Positions 26,644 to 38,862 of a DNA stretch of 64,000 nucleotides are shown here, piece after piece. Made by a program: the position numbers and the translations under genes. Each line of letters opens with the position of its first letter. The first letter of the stretch is position 1. Below the pieces are notes generated by a model. It was given only the letters and a program-made list of their open reading frames with translations, was not told the DNA's origin and did not search any database. Source of the stretch: Penicillus capitatus. Its lineage: Eukaryota > Plantae > Chlorophyta. Where the stretch lies: positions 347,708-411,707 of the forward strand of contig OZ287712.1 of the NCBI GenBank assembly GCA_965649825.1. Reading direction: 5' to 3'.

Positions 26644-27261
26644 ATGGCAAGTGAACTGTCGCGGTTTATCGAACAGGAACTTAAACGCAAAGGCATTGAC
26701 CCGGATGACGACCGTCGGAATCTCCTTGGACGAGAGAGCTTTCGCATAGAGGTGTGCATTTGCTGGTCGAAAATGGACACGTCATTCATCGTTTGTGCTG
26801 GCAGTCGCGTTCTCATGCTCAAGAAACCCAGAGAAAGGCGTCAAAGACGACGCGGAATTTCTGTGTTGGCGGTGGAATCTTTCTGGCGATGGTCCTGATC
26901 GTGTATTTTCTCTCCAAATCCAACGCGAAGAGTGTTCCTACGTCTAAGGAGAAGGACGCTCTAAAATCGCCAGACCCTGCCCTTAAACTAAGCACTTCAA
27001 AAAATAATGGCACGGAAAAAGAGAAAGCTTCACAGCCCTACGATGCCAGTGCAACGGCAATACCTTCAATTCCTGGAACAGGTAAGACAGCTTCCTTCAA
27101 GATACTTGTTTTTCATCACAACTGTCGCAGAAAATGAGAGCAATAAGTTTGTGAAAGAAGATATCGATCTAGAAGGAGAAACGGAACTAGAAGAGAGGGA
27201 AGCAGAACCCTCTGTCGAAGGACAAGGCTACTTCCTAGAAGAACCGACAGATACTACATGA
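26644..27261 (+). CDS. Single-pass membrane protein, paralogue A (2 introns)
   Basis: MASELSRFIEQELKRK...RIE|SRSH...FCVGGGIFLAMVLIVYFLS, then a short S/T/K/E-rich tail. Confidence 0.7.
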
Positions 27262-27445
27262 ACTGGGCCTAAGAGAACGCTTAAGAAGTTGCCACTACCT
27301 TTCCACCGCCGACAGATAGAAGGCGTCGTCGATTTCTGTTCTTATTGATCTGAAGATCATCAGCATCGTGAACGCGCCGCGCGGCAGAGTGATGCTGTCA
27401 CATCATCTTTCCGAGAAACATTGCTATCGGTCATGTTCAAAGACA

Positions 27446-27673
27446 TTACCCGATCATCAATCGTTTCCTCCCACGCATTCCCATCGTGCATCGTCGCCAC
27501 GGCCACTCCTATTCTCTCCAGCAGCACTCTTCGCTGCTCCATCGTCATCGCATTCTCCGAAAGCATCTCCTTGACGCGACGTCCCTCCACTTTCTCCAAA
27601 TAGAGTGACTTCGTGGGATAGTCCACTAAGTAGAGCCCAGGAGTGAGATCCAGTTTTCTCTCCCGTATCAACC
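27446..27673 (-). pseudogene. BUD32: BUD32/TP53RK fragment: 5'-truncated, internal deletion removes HGDL and DFG motifs
   Basis: Matches 33192-33226 joined directly to 33481-33676; similarity stops abruptly at ~27673. Confidence 0.9.
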
Positions 27674-28632
27674 GGTATTGGCGGATGCGGATTACGACGG
27701 CAGAAAAGCATAGCTCTGTGTGGGGAAAGAAGCGACATTCACCGACACTGGACCTCTACGTTCACACACGGTCTATATAAATCAAGGAAACTTGGAAAGC
27801 AGATTCCCCTACGTAAAGCTTGCTCGTGATGCTTAACAAATTTTCCGGGTGCATCTAAAAAAATCTGATTGCTTGGGTCCAGATGACCGTTTTTTAAGCA
27901 ATTGACTTTTTCGAGCGATTTGCTAATGGTTCCTCAGTCGTACTTTCATGTGTTAGGATGTGATCCTTATCCTTCGTCAAGGTGCAACGGCCTTTTACAC
28001 GAAAAGGTCTGTCACGATCGAGAAGGGTCACATAACGCATTGCGATTCGTGTCATTTCCAAAGTCCAATAATTCTCTCCATACCGTTCCGCACCGGACTG
28101 TCTTTTGAAGATATTGTAGATACTATGCAAACACATGTCATGTCAAACTAGCCCTTTATCTTGTCGACAGATTTGTCCGAAAAGCTGTCACAGGTGAACG
28201 GTGGACGGCGGTAAAGTTGTCAAAAAGTCGTCGGCGAAGTCGTTATATGTGCATGGTAAACGGCGGACAAAGACGTCAAGGAGACGTCGGGAGAGTCGTC
28301 AAGGGTGGTTATACGAAGGTGTCGGCAACCTCACGACCGTGGGGATCGACCCGAAGCGGATGGTGCAGTTGGACCAGTTCGAGAAGTACGACCGCGGGGG
28401 TTCGATTCCTGTGCCGGACTCAGAGGAGGGACGTCCCATCAAAGTTGACCCGGTTGAGTCTGGCAAGCCCGCGCCGAGTTGGATGGGTTACGGCGGGGAA
28501 AGGACAACGTCGCGCTAAGTTCGGGGGCCGACGATAGGGTCACCACCCGGACAAAAACTTTTGTCCTTCTACCTAACCATCGATTTTGTTCTTACGCACC
28601 ACAGCCTTCGTATATCTTCTTAAGGTTGGCAA

Positions 28633-29227
28633 ATGAACCCCATCGATGGGATTTTAGTCAAACTCGCGAACGACGGTTTCTTCGGTGACAACATGAACAA
28701 TGCCTTTCACAAAACCTGGCCAACATTTTTCGACGATTGCTTGAATAGTGACCACACAAACCCGTATTCCTGTCTCGTATTCGTTGGGCATCCTTTCTAC
28801 GCATTCGTGCACGCGGCTCAGGTAAAGAGTGCACATTCAATAATTCATTTGACCTTTCTTGCTTCGCAAGTGGTATCTGACCGACCTCGACAGAGCTTTG
28901 AGGGGGATATACAAGAGAGGATTTTGTTGCCGTACTACTCTGCGTTCTGGAGATGAGACATCGCAAAGTAGCATCATCATTGATAAACATCACACGCAGA
29001 CACAAGATGCGAGTTTTGGAGGTTCTCTTTTAATTCTCTGCTCGACAACTGACTGTTTACGTTTAGACTCCTTCCTCATCTGCTCAAAGAACATCCGCAA
29101 TGAGCGTGGCCCCTCTATGTACATCGTTTCGCGCTGCGACCTCGATTACTCTGAATTGTTCGAATTGTCTCTACATCGTGAACAACTGTTTGCTAAGTCG
29201 ATGAACGACACGTTGACCTCGGAGTGA
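28633..29227 (+). CDS. Orphan spliced ORF, unknown function
   Basis: ORF 28633-28956 and ORF 28859-29227 join in frame through a gtaaag...cgcaag intron (..VHAAQ|WYLTDLDRALRG..). Confidence 0.35.
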
Positions 29228-30161
29228 ATCCAGTTGCTAGCATCCCCAACGCATTAACAACACATCACAGCGGTGGTTTCGTCTATTTTGGCATCGTCGT
29301 TCACCTCGTCGGGCTTCACTTGGCACGTTTTCCCCTCATTGATGAGAGATTTCGCATCACGGCAGGCCTCGCAACCTGCGTCGCATACTGCCAAGCGTGA
29401 TCGATTTCTCTATCCTTGATAGCATTAGGAGGAGTCTTAGCGGGGAGTGTTAAAGGATCCGCCTGTAGGAATAGACAGAGAGGTCTGTTCATATATTACA
29501 AAGCATGCTTCTGTTATTTTAACTCTAGGGATTCATCAAAATAGACACTTCATCCTCTGACACGACTGCTTCTATCGGTGCCATTGCGGCGAGCACATGG
29601 ACGAACTTCAAAGGCAAAGGCAAAACTAACTCCGGAGCATGTTCCAAGGCCATTTCCATCACTTCTTCCAGTCCCATCGCATCTTTCGAGATTGAATCAT
29701 CGGTACTCGCACAATCTTATTCAGATATGGAGCCTAGACACGGATCTGCAGTCACAATGATCGTATCAGCTTCCCACTCTTTCAGGAGCATCACGAAGAT
29801 GGTCGCCGCCCTCTGACACGGAACCATCTGCGACAATTTCTACCGCGATAGGAAAACTGGCCTCTTCTAAACATCCTTATGGCAGGCATTCTTACCCACT
29901 GTGCACTTGCACAAGAGTCCTGTCGAGTTGCCTACACCTGCAAACAGTCACCAATGGCATTCGGTAACGTATGTTTCCAAGCAAAAAACGAACTGCGTCT
30001 GTTCCCCACTTATCCATGTGCACTACGGTACCACATTCCATACACGATGATGACGTGCATCTGACTTTCTATTTTGCATGGTTACGTTTCATCTCCTAAT
30101 GCGATCATATTAAAGACAACACGTTACCTCTGCTGTCTCTCGAAGTCGTTGCTTCGCCACG

Positions 30162-31068
30162 ATGTCCCTTATGTATCCCAACGTCGTCTTCGTGCGATGC
30201 GTCTGGATCACACTGTTCGTCTTGGTCCTGGTATGGATTGAAGAGTACATGGGCGGTTTCGACTCGAGCCCAGAAGACACGGGACCGGACCGCAACGACA
30301 CGAGTCGACTATTCAACTGGCATCCCTTTCTCATGATCCTCGCCTTCCCCGTCTTCATGACCGAGGCAATCTTCACCTACACCGCCCTTCCAGGCGTTCT
30401 CCTCCGTCGGCAAGCCCATCCTCCGATGCTCGACGACAGCGGCTTCACCCTGACTGTGTGTTCACGCAGAGATCTGAGGAAGATCGTTCACGCCGTCCTG
30501 CAGACACTTGTGCTGCTTGCGATGCTGTTCGGTCTTATCGCCGTTTTCCGCTCACACACCGAGAAGAAACCCAGGGCGATGGATGACCTGTACAGTCCTC
30601 ACAGCTACATGGGCATCTGCACGATGGCCTTCTTCGTTCTTCAGGTAAGGCCATCCGCTCCCTCCGTCCGGCTGCGATGGCCTGCCTGTGCAGTATCTCT
30701 GTGGCATCTTCTCGTTTGTCCTTCCGATCCTGACGCCTTCGCAGAGGGCCTTCTATGCACGTTATCATCACTTCTTCGGCACGGCAGCGTATCTCATTGG
30801 CATGGCCACGATCATGGCCGGCCTCCAGGAGAAGTCGACGTTCAATCGGAAGGGCGGTCGGCACATCAATTTCAAGGGATCCTACGAGCCGCTCAGCGTC
30901 ATCCCTGCCGTCATGACGCCTCTCATCATCCTCCTGGCCACGGCGGTGACGTTTCAGAGCGCGTTCCTGAAGGAGCCTCCTGTCGTCGAAGAGCCCGTCC
31001 CAGAGGAGGGCCCCTCGATGGAAGCGCAGCAGCCTTTGGTCAAAAGCGAGCGGGAAGCGGCAACGTAG
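30162..31068 (+). CDS. Transmembrane ascorbate-dependent cytochrome b561 (plant CYB561-like), 2 introns
   Basis: FNWHPFLM, KIVHAVLQ, FRSH, LYSPHSYMG, YHHFFG and GLQEK are canonical b561 motifs. Confidence 0.92.
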
Positions 31069-31866
31069 TCCGTCTGTCTTCACGACACGCCTATCTGACG
31101 ATCGAGCCCTGTTGACGTGGAAGCCCTTTGCTCTGTGCTTGTCTTGCCAGTGTCCTTGATGAACCGTTCTGCACGGTCTCCTGACGCTTCTCATCCGTTC
31201 ATACCTTTTGCCCTGCTTGGCTCCGCCTTGTGTACCTGTTTTTGATCACCTAGACCAAAAAGACTTGCCTTGCCTGTGTCTGAATGTACGTGTGACGGAA
31301 GGAATTCTTCTTGACTGTGCGTGGACAGGATCGAGATTCGATAGTGGTGCTCTGCAGATTCCTAGCTTCGATCTTTGGTCATTCTCAGACGGACGACGCG
31401 TTTAGACGGCAAAGAATGAAGGATCCTAGGAGATGAGCCACCTGTTCATTCTGACATCCTCTCCCTCGCACGATAGCTCTCTTTCTTCCGGTTTCCTTCT
31501 GTTTGGCAGAGTGGGATGCGCAAACACCGCATCACTCCGTCCTCGGCCATCCAACGCGTGCCAACGAAATTCGGCACAGTTTCAAGTCTCTGCACTGATT
31601 GCACGTATTTCACTGAAGATGGCGAGGAGACAGTCATCTGGGGCGATCCCGTGCGCGAGGCAATGCTGCATCATACAGCGCAGAAGCATCTTGGCTGCCG
31701 AAGGCGCTGAGAAGAGAGACCGCGCGATAGGCTTTGTAAAGCGACAAGAATGGAGAGCTACTCGATCGAGGCAAATAGACGATCCCGGTCACTCTTAAAC
31801 GCAATCTCCTATATAATGGACAAGTACTCAGGAAATCTTCTTATGCGTGCATTGTTTCAAGATGCT

Positions 31867-32110
31867 TCACTTTCTCACACTCTTCTCCCACTCCTTGAAC
31901 CGTGTCATGTATCTGCACAACTCATGCCAAAGAACATTCGTGTTGGCAAAGCGAAGCTCACGATTGGGCGGCGCTCTCAATGGGCGGCAGTCGGTATGTT
32001 TGTTCAGTGTAGATCCCTGCGACGATTCCGAGACCGAAGCAGACGATCGCAGGATTGTTGGCCAAGATACCGCCGACTAAACCGCCGAGTAAACTTCGCA
32101 CGAGCGCCAT
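31867..32110 (-). CDS. Short transmembrane mitochondrial protein 1-like (DUF4535) microprotein, ~64 aa, intron 31913-31961
   Basis: MALVRSLLGGLVGGILANNPAIVCFGLGIVAGIYTEQTYRLPPIESAAQS|YMTRFKEWEKSVRK resembles the FxxGxxxGIYxxQxYxxP..KxxE..RK pattern of STMP1. Confidence 0.65.
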
Positions 32111-32184
32111 ATGATTGATAATAAATGAGATGGACGTGACGCGTTGTTCTTAATCCGATTATCGTTTTTCTGCGTAACGCGTCG

Positions 32185-33099
32185 ATGGCGAGTGAACTGT
32201 CGCGGTTTATTGAACAGGAACTCGAACGCAAAGGCATTGACCCGGACGACGACCGTCGGAATCTCCTTGGACGAGAGAGCTTTCGCATAGAGGTGTGCAT
32301 TTGCTGGTCAAAAATGGACACGTCATTAAAGGGATGGTCTGTGTTGGCAGTCGCGTTCTCATGCTCAAGAAACCCAGAGAAAGGCGTCAAAGACGACGCG
32401 GAATTTCTGTGTTGGCGGTGGAATCTTTCTGGCGATGGTCCTGATCGTGTATTTTCTCTCCAAATCCAACGCGAAGAGTGGTCATATGGTGAGCGAGAAG
32501 ATTCTTTCGCAGAAAAACACTTCAGAATCGGCAGCCTCCGCCAATAATTCCAGTCCAGCAGAAGATAGTGGCACAGATAATAAGAATGAGACCCCACAAT
32601 CCAATGCTAGTAAATTGTCAAGCCCATCAGTGCCTAAAGAAGAAGGTACGACAGTTCTCTCAAGTTGCTTGTCATTCACCACTTTTGTCTCGCAGAGGAT
32701 GTATCTCAGAAGCCGGGTGGTGCTGTAAGCAACGAGACAGCTTCATCAGATTCAGATTCAGAAGGCGGAGAAGGGGGCGGAGAAGGAGAAGGAGGCGGAG
32801 GAACAGGAGGAGGCAACAAGGGCAAAAAAACAACTGAATTGAACAATCAAGTAGTAGGGTCCGCAAGTTCGACAGCCTCTACCGGAGAATCCTCACCTGC
32901 AAGCATAGAGAGCACTTCAGAGAAACAGCCTGGAGATGAAGACCCAACGCTGACCACACCTCCGGAAAACGAAGTTTCACCGGAAGAGTCCAGGAAAACA
33001 AACACAAAGTCATCGGATGATGATGAGAACGTGGACAGTTCAGATTCGCAGAAGAAAGATAGAAGAAGGCGTCGTCGATTTCTGTTCTCATTGGTGTGA
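32185..33099 (+). CDS. Single-pass membrane protein, paralogue B, with long S/T/G/E-rich (mucin-like) C-terminal region
   Basis: Same N-terminus, TM and first intron as 26644; multiple NxS/T sequons; ends KKDRRRRRRFLFSLV-TGA. Confidence 0.7.
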
Positions 33100-33191
33100 G
33101 GATCATCAGCATCGTGAACGCGCCGCGCGGCAGAGTGAGGCCGTCACATCATCTTTGCGAGAAACACTGCTATCGGTCATGTTCAAAGATA

Positions 33192-33839
33192 TTACCCGAT
33201 CATCAATCGTTTCCTCCCACGCATTCGCACCGCCTCGTACTTCGGAAACACCCGCGACCAGTTCCGCGTCTTCTTCTGATAGGCATCCAAGATCGTCCGA
33301 AACACATCCGAGAGTTCAGCATGGGCACTCGTAATCGCCCGTTCGAGCACATAGAGATCCACAGCCTTGTCCTCCGCTTCACTGGAGAAGTAGCTGAGGC
33401 CGAAGTCGATGAGGATCAGAGCGTCATCGTCCGAACGCACCAACATATTCGACGTCGTCAAATCGCCGTGGTTCAAATTCCCATCGTGCATCGTCGCCAC
33501 GGCCACTCCTATTCTCTCCAGCAGCACTCTTCGCTGCTCCATCGTCATCGCATTCTCCGAAAGCATCTCCTTGACGCGACGTCCCTCCACTTTCTCCAAA
33601 TAGAGTGACTTCGTTGGATAGTCCACTAAGTAGAGTACAGGTGTGAGAACGCCAAGTTTTCTCGCCCGTATCAACCCCTTCGCCTCCTGCTTCAGCCGTT
33701 CGAGGGAGAGCTTCGCGTCGAGTTCGTTCGTTCGGTACTCTTTCTTGAAGCGCTCCTTGACGTAGACATGACGTTGGAGGTAAGTCGTCTCCCAGAGCCG
33801 CGCTTCGGCACCTTGCCCGACGAGGACGGCACCTTCCAT
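33192..33839 (-). CDS. BUD32: KEOPS complex kinase BUD32/TP53RK
   Basis: GQGAEA, KERFKKEYR, HGDLTTSN, IDFGLS, EDKAVDLYVLERA and RGRKRLMIG C-terminus; intronless. Confidence 0.96.
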   Translation of the reverse strand: MEGAVLVGQGAEARLWETTYLQRHVYVKERFKKEYRTNELDAKLSLERLKQEAKGLIRARKLGVLTPVLYLVDYPTKSLYLEKVEGRRVKEMLSENAMTMEQRRVLLERIGVAVATMHDGNLNHGDLTTSNMLVRSDDDALILIDFGLSYFSSEAEDKAVDLYVLERAITSAHAELSDVFRTILDAYQKKTRNWSRVFPKYEAVRMRGRKRLMIG

Positions 33840-33951
33840 CGACCCGAACGTACAAACGCCGTCGCTTCACGGTTGGCCCTGTACACTTCCACTTACCCGT
33901 CCATTACCTGACGCAGTCCTTGTCGACGGTGCTCGACTTCACGTTACGCCT

Positions 33952-35799
33952 ATGTCGAGCGAATCTTCCACCACAGTAGCGGCCGGATACAGTCTTCATG
34001 GCTCGGAAGCCGCCAAGCGCCAAGCAACGGCAGAGTTACTCTTTTTCGCACACGTTGGAGATGTGGAACGATGTCTCCGACTCGTATCGACATGGAATCT
34101 GAATGTATGTATCGCTCCCCCTCCTGCACCGAACGTATCGGGTGAACCCTGTGACCGCCAGGTGAATGATGCCGGTTGCCAGGACTATGACAGAAGACGT
34201 CCACTGTGCTGTCGACTCTCTGTGGTAGCACATATGCGAAACCGTGTCTGTGTCATGTTAGGCACATAGCCGCAGCAAACGGTTGCTATTCCGTAGTAAA
34301 ATGGCTGTTGGCCGAGAACAGTGATGTCAATGTTGTGGACCGATTTGAAAGAACACCACTCGAGGTATCTCACTCTTTTAACGGCAGCACAGTCCCGAGT
34401 CAAAAGTGTGATGCAGGATGCCGTGCACGGGGGTCATAAAGAAGTGGCCGAATTGCTCATGAGCCACGGAGCCAAAGTGCACAATAAACAGACATTAGTG
34501 CCATTAGAGGAGTCGCATCTCTCACTCAGCTCACGTGCACTCGGAGAGTTTTTGCCGGAATGGGAAATAGACCGAAAAGATATTGTTCTGATGGAAAAGA
34601 TCGGGGAAGGTGAGTTCGGCGTGGTGCACAAAGCGAAGTGGCATGGGACCTACCTCGCGGTTAAGGTCTTGAAGGCCGGTACCGACGTGGCATTAGAAGA
34701 CTTCAAAACAGAGCTCAGTATGTTTCGTCAGTGCCATCATCCACACACAGTACCTCACTCTTTTGCATGTATGGAAAGTGTGAGATTCGTGTAGGTCCAG
34801 TTTTTGGGGGCTGTGACGCGTGAGCCGCCGTTTATGATTGTGACGGAGTTTATGAACGGCGGCTCGTTGGCTGACGTTTTCAGATCGAGAGTCACGCTCT
34901 CGATCCCACGCGCCTGCGAAATTGCACTCGATTGCGCCAAGGGCATGGCCTTTCTGCACAACTCCAAGAACTCCACCTGTTTTATTCATCGCGACCTAAA
35001 GCCTGCGAATCTCATGTTCGGTGGCCATCGGATCCAAACCGAAAAACATAAACTCCTCATGATCAAAGAAACAGGCCGTGTCAAGATCGCCGATTTTGGT
35101 CTCAGTCGGTGAGTGCCCCCAGCAGTCGTACGGTTCCAGATGCCGAGGTGGGATGATTGGTGTGAGGTCCATTTCGACACGACTCTATCGGCGTCATGCT
35201 CAAACGCATCCAGGAGCGATGAAACGATCGCCCTCGCTGGAGACGCAGATTCCTGAAGAATCCGCCGTGACCACGATGGACCAGGGATACAAGATGACGG
35301 GCGAAACGGGCTCCTATCGATACATGGCACCCGAGGTGTTCCGACACGAGATCTATAACGAGAAGGTCGATGTCTACGCCTTCGCCATGATCTTTTACGA
35401 ACTCTTGGAAGGCATTCCGCCTTTCATCGATCACGATCCCATTTCCGCCGCCACCAAAGCGGCAATCGGTCACTCTTCGCACACGATCGCACGCTTCGCT
35501 GACGGTGGCCATTTGTGGCGCAGGAAACTATCGACCGACGTGGAACTATAAGAATACCAACGGCGATCGTGTGCCAGCCGAGATGCGAGAACTGGTCAAG
35601 GAATGTTGGGATCCGATTTACTCGAAACGACCAGGTCCATCAACACATCTCACTCAAATCGAGACACGACAGCCGCGATCTAGGTTTCTTGGAGATTGTC
35701 GATCGGATTCGCACGTACTTAGAGACATCCATAGAGCCGCCCAAGACAAAGAGATCTATTTTCTCTTCCTTTCGCCATGCTCGGCGCCCTTCACACTGA
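33952..35799 (+). CDS. Ankyrin-repeat Raf-like kinase (plant ILK/VIK family)
   Basis: Ankyrin repeats (DYDRRRPLH, DRFERTPL), IGEGEFG, VAVK-like LAVK, HRDLKPAN, DFGLS, GETGSYRYMAPEVF. Confidence 0.92.
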
Positions 35800-35828
35800 C
35801 CATACGCATTAGGACTTGACCATACGCA

Positions 35829-38793
35829 TCATTTGATGTTCATACATTCGATTTCGTCCGTCGGTTGAGACGCGTTGGGTGACGCGAGCGTGTCCTCTTG
35901 TTCCTCTGCTTCTGTCTCTTCTTGTTCCTCTGCTTCTGTCTCTTCTTGTTCCTCTGCTTCTGTCTCTTCTTGTTCCTCTGCTTCTGTCTCTGCTTGTGCC
36001 TCTGGTTCCACTGACGTGTCGTTTTCGTAGTAGTCTCCACTCCCCACGACATCTTCATCAAAAACCTCCCCGCCGCCGTCTTCGGTGCCACTTTCGTCGT
36101 CGGATTCGATCTCGGGTTCTTTCCATCGTTGCTCGACTTCTGTTTTGAGACGTTCGGGGAACATCGGAGTCGATTCTCCAGGAAGAGATGTCATTTCGAG
36201 AATGTAAGCCGTCTTTTCTTCTTCCGTGGTATAACTGTTCCACACAAGCCTGTCGAGACGAATGATGCCGTATCCCAACGCCTTGAGGATCTGAATTCTC
36301 CATCGATCGACGTAGAAAGCAACTGGCTTTATTCCTGCAGACAGACAATGTGCGCCTGTCTGTCATCGAGGCAGATCACACCATAGCAATGCCGATCAAA
36401 GGATTTCCATTCCAGACAGAAACGCACGCCGTCTTTCTCTAACACGATTGCCGAAAGACCTTCTTGTCGCACCATCTCATAACCCTGCGCACACGTCACA
36501 GCTGGGATGATCGATGTGACTGATGGGACAGGCGAGAGGACTTTGTTCGTGTAGCCAAGATTCTGTAGGATTTCGAGGACATCTGGAGATCTAGGAGACG
36601 CCTGATCCATTGGCACCGACAACGTCTCCTTCCACCTGGCCTTCAGCGAGAATCTCTTCTCAGGATCAATAAGACTCTCTTTCTGAAGGATGATGTTGAT
36701 ATAGAGATGCAGACGGCCAAGTCTCAGGACAGTGCTCTTGAGCATATCACTCGTTTGCTCACGATTGATCTTCTTTCGGACGATGTCGATGACTTCCTGA
36801 TCCAAATGATCCAAATGCATCAACCCAGAGATCAGCGCAACGGCAGAGAACAGAGGATAAGAATTATGATGTGACAGGAAATGATCTCGGACACTCTGCG
36901 GAAACACGGTAACCAATACCACGCAAAGGGAAGCTGACCTCAATCAGGTTGGTGTGAACATAGCCCAGAAAAGAACAGTGTTGTATGGCATTGCGTCCCC
37001 AGTGATGAACACTCTGGTCGTCTCCATACCCAAGGTTCCGCACAATGATATCGATCAAGATGTCCAGAATCGCATCGCCGGGATGATAGAGCATCATCGA
37101 AAACGCCCTCAGCATCTGGCACGCCACAAAGTGTGAGAAATCTTCCATGTGTGATTCTGAGATACCAACGAGGCCTGCACAGGAGTAATCTGATTCTGCA
37201 CTTGCTTAATTCTCTTCAAACACGACGGCAGGTACTTCTCAATCTCCCTAAAGACGGTTGTACAGGACAAGTGTCGACAGAGGGAGTCGATCGGACATCG
37301 GATGCATTCGGGACAGCGAGCCCAGGACGTAAGCAACAGTGCCATGGGGTAAATTGCGGAAACGGAACTTATCGCTGTCCAGTATCGCAATCAGGTGTTC
37401 GTTGGGATCGAAGCGGTTCTTGGACAAGACGTGAATCAGCCAGACGACACGATCGGTTGCGAATCGCTCTCGATAGACCGGCAGATGATTCAGCAATCCT
37501 TGCATCAATCGAAACGTATTCTTGTGATTCAGTCGCTCCACGGCTAAAGATCAGCAACTAGGCGACAGACAGAAGCTGCACGGAAGCTGTACTGTGAATG
37601 CAGCCGCTGATGGCGAAGAAATCGAGGTCCGACAGAAAAGGCAGTATGTGATCGATCAGACGATCCATCAGCTGAGCCAACTCCATCCTGTCAGAGCATA
37701 CCTCACGGATCCATCATTGCCTGATGGGACGTGGACTTGATGACAGGGTGTCTGTGAATCTTTGGCCCAAAGCTGGCAATCGCGTGATTCAGCGAATGCA
37801 CTTGTTCCATGGTGAGAGAGGGGACAGCGTCCTGCATCTGATGCAAGACACTCCGTACAAAGTGACCGTGTGTGTTGATCAAGGCAGGTATCCATCCTGC
37901 CCGTTCCTGCAGGAAGAGCATCACCCCACAGTCGTATGTCGTACCAGGTGCCCTACGGCGATGAGACTGATGCCTTGGATCATGGACGTGAGCAATTCCA
38001 TGTCGAACGTCCCGCGTTGCGTGGCCAGCAAATCTTCATAGTTCTGTACGGCTGTGCTGAGCACCTTTGCCGTTTCTTTCGAGCCCTTTTCGCTTTTGTT
38101 CACATCCTGCTCCGCCAAGAACTGAATCCGAGCGATTTCTGAGTACAGCTTCTGTTGCAGCATCGCGTTCGAAGAGGCGTGCAGCTCATGTGTGCGATGC
38201 GTGATTCCCTACGGAAGGCACAACGGCGGCAACTGTGGGGACGACGGCACGGAGATCGATCGATGCCTGTGAACGGCGTTTGGGTGTCATGGACTGCATC
38301 TTCTCGATCTTCTCCATCGCTTGTCGAACGTGATCCAGCGTTTGCGGAGCGAGAGAAAGATTCCGCAGTTGCATCATGTTCTGCACCTCTTTCTTTAGAG
38401 ACAGTTCGATCTCGACCAGCCGCCGAAGAGACGCCGCCATCAATTCTTGAGAAGATTTCAACGTATCCGACGCATCGTATTGTGACTGCTCCAAGGGTGG
38501 CGGTATTCTCCGGTGGATCAGATCGTTCAGACGCTGGATGTTGTCATAGGTCTCCCTCTGCAAAAAGAAATCGGGCGCCGTACGGATCTGCCTCAGCTGT
38601 TCCTCCAATTCCAGCTGCACAGCCGCCAAGCGACTCAGTCCTATGCGAATCGCATTTTGGGCAGATGGCCCCGAAGCTAAGCGCAGGGCAATAAGATGAG
38701 ATGCCGTCAGAAGTTGTGGGGGAGGTTACTCGAGTTGGCACGTCGGCTCGCGGGTGGATCTAAGAAGCGCAGTCCCTTGTGTACGTCGCCCAT
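35829..38793 (-). CDS. Helical-repeat protein with C-terminal RAP-like domain and acidic tail (probable organellar RNA-binding protein); 5' end approximate
   Basis: Helical exons followed by CLEWKSFDRHCY...RIQILKALGYGIIRLDRLVW (RAP-like), then an E-rich tail. Confidence 0.55.
35896..35991. repeat. Four perfect 24-bp tandem repeats (coding EETEAEEQ-type units)
   Basis: (tcttgttcctctgcttctgtctct)x4. Confidence 0.95.
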
Positions 38794-38862
38794 CGAGGCG
38801 ATGCGACGGAAGGAACGGTGAAGGAGTCGACGCCAAGATACCATGAAAGCGACAAGAAGCCG

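Larger units (their letters stand above)
26431..27673. repeat. Direct segmental duplicate (copy A) of ~31989-33676
   Basis: Near-identical blocks: 26462-26931 with 31989-32478, and 27311-27673 with 33060-33676 (the latter lacking 254 nt). Confidence 0.9.

Noticed and set aside
28334-28420. tRNA or SINE-like Pol III boxes (TGGTGCAGTTGG ... GGTTCGATTCC)
   Set aside because: A- and B-box-like strings are present, but the acceptor, D and T stems do not pair and there is no second copy in the window. Not called; a SINE relic cannot be excluded.
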